DNA of 64,000 nucleotides from Alphaproteobacteria bacterium (GTDB lineage Bacteria; Pseudomonadota; Alphaproteobacteria; JASGCL01): NCBI GenBank assembly GCA_965262605.1, contig CBDHFN010000003.1, positions 1,312,930 to 1,376,929 of the forward strand, read 5' to 3'. Shown piece by piece: positions 61,134 to 64,000 of this stretch (position 1 is its first letter; each line of letters starts with the position of its first letter). The notes under the pieces were generated by a model. It saw only the letters and a program-made list of their open reading frames with translations, ran no database searches and was not told where the DNA came from. The position numbers and the translations under genes were made by a program.

Positions 61134-62684
61134 ATGGTTAAAATTATTCATAAATTCATTACAATTTTAATTTGTTTTAATTTTATTTTTCCAATCGGAA
61201 ATTCGCAAGATTTAACAGATTATTCAAGGCTTTCTGCCGAAGGTATCGTTGCATTTATTGATAAGTTATTGGAAAATCCAATTTATGTAGATAATTATAT
61301 TAAACCTGTTTATGGTAAAAAAGATATTACCCCTGAAACACATCAATATATTACCGGTAATTTAATTTATAACGAAGCGGTAAAAATTGATAAGACGGCG
61401 GAATTATTAAAGGGGCAAGCTAAACAAGCATTAAAACAAAAATATTATGCTTTATTAGAAATTTCCAGCAACCGCGACTATCCCGAAGCCGATTTTGCGC
61501 TTGCGAACTTATATTTTGCGGGCGAAGGCGAAAAACAAGCCGATTTTAATATTGCCCTTAATTTTTATCAAAAATACCTGAATAATAATAAAGTTCAAGG
61601 CGATTTGAAGCTAATTTCTTTGGCAAAGGAGCGCATTGCATTTATTGAAAATTTAAAGAAAAATCAAACAGCTTTGCCCAAGCAAGAAGACAATAAAGTT
61701 GATTATTCGCAAATCCCCGCCGAAGGTATTATCGCGATTATTGATAAAAATGTTAAAAATCAGAATTTTATTGACCAAAAAATTAAACCATTATTCCCAA
61801 ACCAAGAAATCAGCGCGGATTTAGTCAATTATGTAGCGGGTAAATATATTTATGACGAAGCCATTAAATTAGAATCTGTCATTGAAATTAATGCGCAAAA
61901 TAAATCAAATGTAAAAAAATATTTTATTTTATTGGAAACGGCAAGCAATCGCCAATATTATTTGGCGGATTTTCGTTTAGGGAATATTTATTTTAGTGGT
62001 GAGAATGGCAAACAAGTGAATTTTAAAACAGCTTTAGATTTTTATAATAAAGCCCTTAATTCTAAATATCCAATTAACCCAAAAATTCAGAATTTGGCGA
62101 AATCGCGTATTGAATATATTAATTCTATCAATAAAACTGAGAGTAAATTTGCGAGTTCCCCTCAAAATAATGACGAGCAAGCTAATTTTAAAGATTTACC
62201 CGATTATAGCTTTTTAAATGCCGATGGCGTTATTTCGTCAATTCATAAGCTTGTTGCAGATGATAATTTCATCAGAACCCGAATTAAACCCATGGCGGGC
62301 GGCAAAGAAATTAATCAATCATTTTTAAATCAAATTGCTTATCGTTTAATATATGAGCAAGCCGTTGCTTTGGACGGAAATTTTGATGGTATCGCCGTTA
62401 ATAAAAAAGATTTTATTTTTGCAAAATATATTAAATTATTAACCTATTCGGCTTCCCATGATTATCCAGAGGCAAATTTAAAACTTGGCAATCTATATTT
62501 TGCGGGTGAAGTTGGGCAAGTTATTGACTTGGATAGGGCAAAATCTTACTTTACTCGAGTTTTACAATTAAAAGACTCGGCGGATAATAAAATAATAAGT
62601 CTTGCCAATGAACGATTAAAGTTAATTGATAATATCAGAAAAGGTATTTCCAAACACCCGATTAATCCAGCAATACGAAATTAA
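61134..62684 (+). CDS. Secreted protein with three long internal repeats, each containing a Sel1-like motif
   Basis: Signal peptide; three units DYS....(E/D)G(I/V)..I.K..IKP..Y..A..L...A.F.LGN.YF.GE...A...Y.K...LA..R. Confidence 0.75.
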   Translation: MVKIIHKFITILICFNFIFPIGNSQDLTDYSRLSAEGIVAFIDKLLENPIYVDNYIKPVYGKKDITPETHQYITGNLIYNEAVKIDKTAELLKGQAKQALKQKYYALLEISSNRDYPEADFALANLYFAGEGEKQADFNIALNFYQKYLNNNKVQGDLKLISLAKERIAFIENLKKNQTALPKQEDNKVDYSQIPAEGIIAIIDKNVKNQNFIDQKIKPLFPNQEISADLVNYVAGKYIYDEAIKLESVIEINAQNKSNVKKYFILLETASNRQYYLADFRLGNIYFSGENGKQVNFKTALDFYNKALNSKYPINPKIQNLAKSRIEYINSINKTESKFASSPQNNDEQANFKDLPDYSFLNADGVISSIHKLVADDNFIRTRIKPMAGGKEINQSFLNQIAYRLIYEQAVALDGNFDGIAVNKKDFIFAKYIKLLTYSASHDYPEANLKLGNLYFAGEVGQVIDLDRAKSYFTRVLQLKDSADNKIISLANERLKLIDNIRKGISKHPINPAIRN

Positions 62685-62720
62685 TTTTGACATATCGGTA
62701 AAATATGGTATATTACTTTT

Positions 62721-63884
62721 ATGAATAAAATACGGCAAATTGAAATTAGTGAAAAGGGCGAATTTTGCATTATTTCGTTTAATAATGAACGAATTGCAAG
62801 GTTTCATGCTGTTTGGCTTCGCGATAATGCTTATGATGCCACTACAAGACACCCAAAAAATCAGCAACGGCTGATAACTATTGGCGACATTGCCCCAGAC
62901 ATGAAAATTAATGCGTGCAATATTATTAATGAATTTGAATTGGAGATAAAATTTTATTCGCCATCAAAAAATCTTAACGAAACTATCAAATATCATGCCG
63001 ATTTTTTATGGCAAAATCGGTATGATAAAAATCACGATTACCCCGAATTTTCTTACCCTGAATATTATGAATTATGGGATAAAAATTTTTTAGGCGAATT
63101 GCCCCGAATTAATTATCAAGACGCACTTAACAGCGAATATTTATTATATATTTGGTTGGCAAATTTGCGCAAATATGGCTTTGCTTTAATGGCGGGTGCG
63201 CCCACGGCAAGCGGTTCTTTGATAAAAATAGCTGAGCTTTTTTCATTTGTGCGCCATACAAATTATGGGCTTTGGTTTGAAGTCCGCGCCGAAGTCAATC
63301 CCAATAATCTTGCATATACAAATTTAGGGTTGCAAGCGCATACTGATAATCCTTATCGCGACCCAGTGCCGACTATGCAAATTCTTCATGCCTTGGAAAA
63401 TTCGGTAAATGGCGGGGAATCTATTATTGTTGATGGTTTTGCCGTGGCGCAAAAAATATATCAAGAAAACCCCGAATATTTTCGGTTATTATCACAATAT
63501 AGCGCGCATTTTGATTATCGTGGCGATGATAACACAAGATTATCGGCGAAATTTCCGATTTTTGAAAAAAATATCTTGGGGCAATTGGATAAAGTGCGAT
63601 TTAATAATCGTTCAGCATTTGCGTTTTGCGATATTCCATTTGCTGTAATGGGTGATTATTATCAAGCCTATCGGCGATTCGCCGAATATATTTCGGATTC
63701 AACCATGATGGTTGAATTTAAACTTAACGCAGGCGAGCTTTTTATCGTTGATAACACACGCGTATTGCACGCCAGACGGGAATTTACGGGCACGGGCAAT
63801 CGCTGGCTTCAAGGGTGCTATCCGGACAAAGACGGATTTATTTCAAAATACACGATATTGAACGAAAAATATGGAAATAAATAA
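62721..63884 (+). CDS. Gamma-butyrobetaine hydroxylase-family Fe/2OG dioxygenase, TmpA-like
   Basis: FHAVWLRDN..HP.NQQRL, NLAYT..GLQAHTDNPYRDPVP, DGFAVA, VDNTRVLHAR and RWLQGCY motifs; followed by an HD protein. Confidence 0.85.
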   Translation: MNKIRQIEISEKGEFCIISFNNERIARFHAVWLRDNAYDATTRHPKNQQRLITIGDIAPDMKINACNIINEFELEIKFYSPSKNLNETIKYHADFLWQNRYDKNHDYPEFSYPEYYELWDKNFLGELPRINYQDALNSEYLLYIWLANLRKYGFALMAGAPTASGSLIKIAELFSFVRHTNYGLWFEVRAEVNPNNLAYTNLGLQAHTDNPYRDPVPTMQILHALENSVNGGESIIVDGFAVAQKIYQENPEYFRLLSQYSAHFDYRGDDNTRLSAKFPIFEKNILGQLDKVRFNNRSAFAFCDIPFAVMGDYYQAYRRFAEYISDSTMMVEFKLNAGELFIVDNTRVLHARREFTGTGNRWLQGCYPDKDGFISKYTILNEKYGNK

Positions 63885-64000
63885 AACAAATTTCACCGAA
63901 TTTTTTCGCCAATTACTGATTGAAAAGGGCGGTGATAGCTATTTGGGAGAGCAAGTGACGATGCAAGAACATATGTTGCAATGCGCCCATTTAGCCGTGC
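63871..64000 (+). CDS. HD-domain oxygenase, TmpB/PhnZ-like (truncated by window end; absent from the ORF track)
   Basis: Manual translation MEINKTNFTEFFRQLLIEKGGDSYLGEQVTMQEHMLQCAHLAV carries the Y.GE.VT..EH.LQ.A.LA PhnZ/TmpB signature. Confidence 0.8.
   Translation, partial: MEINKTNFTEFFRQLLIEKGGDSYLGEQVTMQEHMLQCAHLAV

Overview
AT-rich alphaproteobacterial chromosome segment (kdsD-lptC-lptA, DUF1489, divergent rsmI/LpoA-like pair, CTTGAC-N17-CTATAT-type promoters). It carries about 60 genes, mostly housekeeping or metabolic: dgt, ispH, def, uvrA, ETF-QO, dapA, purD, leuA, mnmE, rlmB and tRNA-Phe. Accessory modules are arcDABC, napEDABC, phnAY, a TmpAB-like pair, a putative type II restriction-modification pair, a dioxygenase-methyltransferase-PhyH cassette and a 12-unit Sel1 array. 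Two features stand out. (1) A minimal proteusin-type RiPP locus at 51309-53478 has two NHLP-leader precursors with Ser/Ala/Gly/Thr triplet-periodic cores and a PoyD-family radical SAM epimerase, but no dedicated protease, transporter or other maturase. (2) An apparently complete IS110 element at 14825-16000 has a bridge RNA whose four guide segments, CT core, circle-junction promoter and REP-like target can all be read directly from the sequence. All calls rest on motif recognition by eye; no searches were run.
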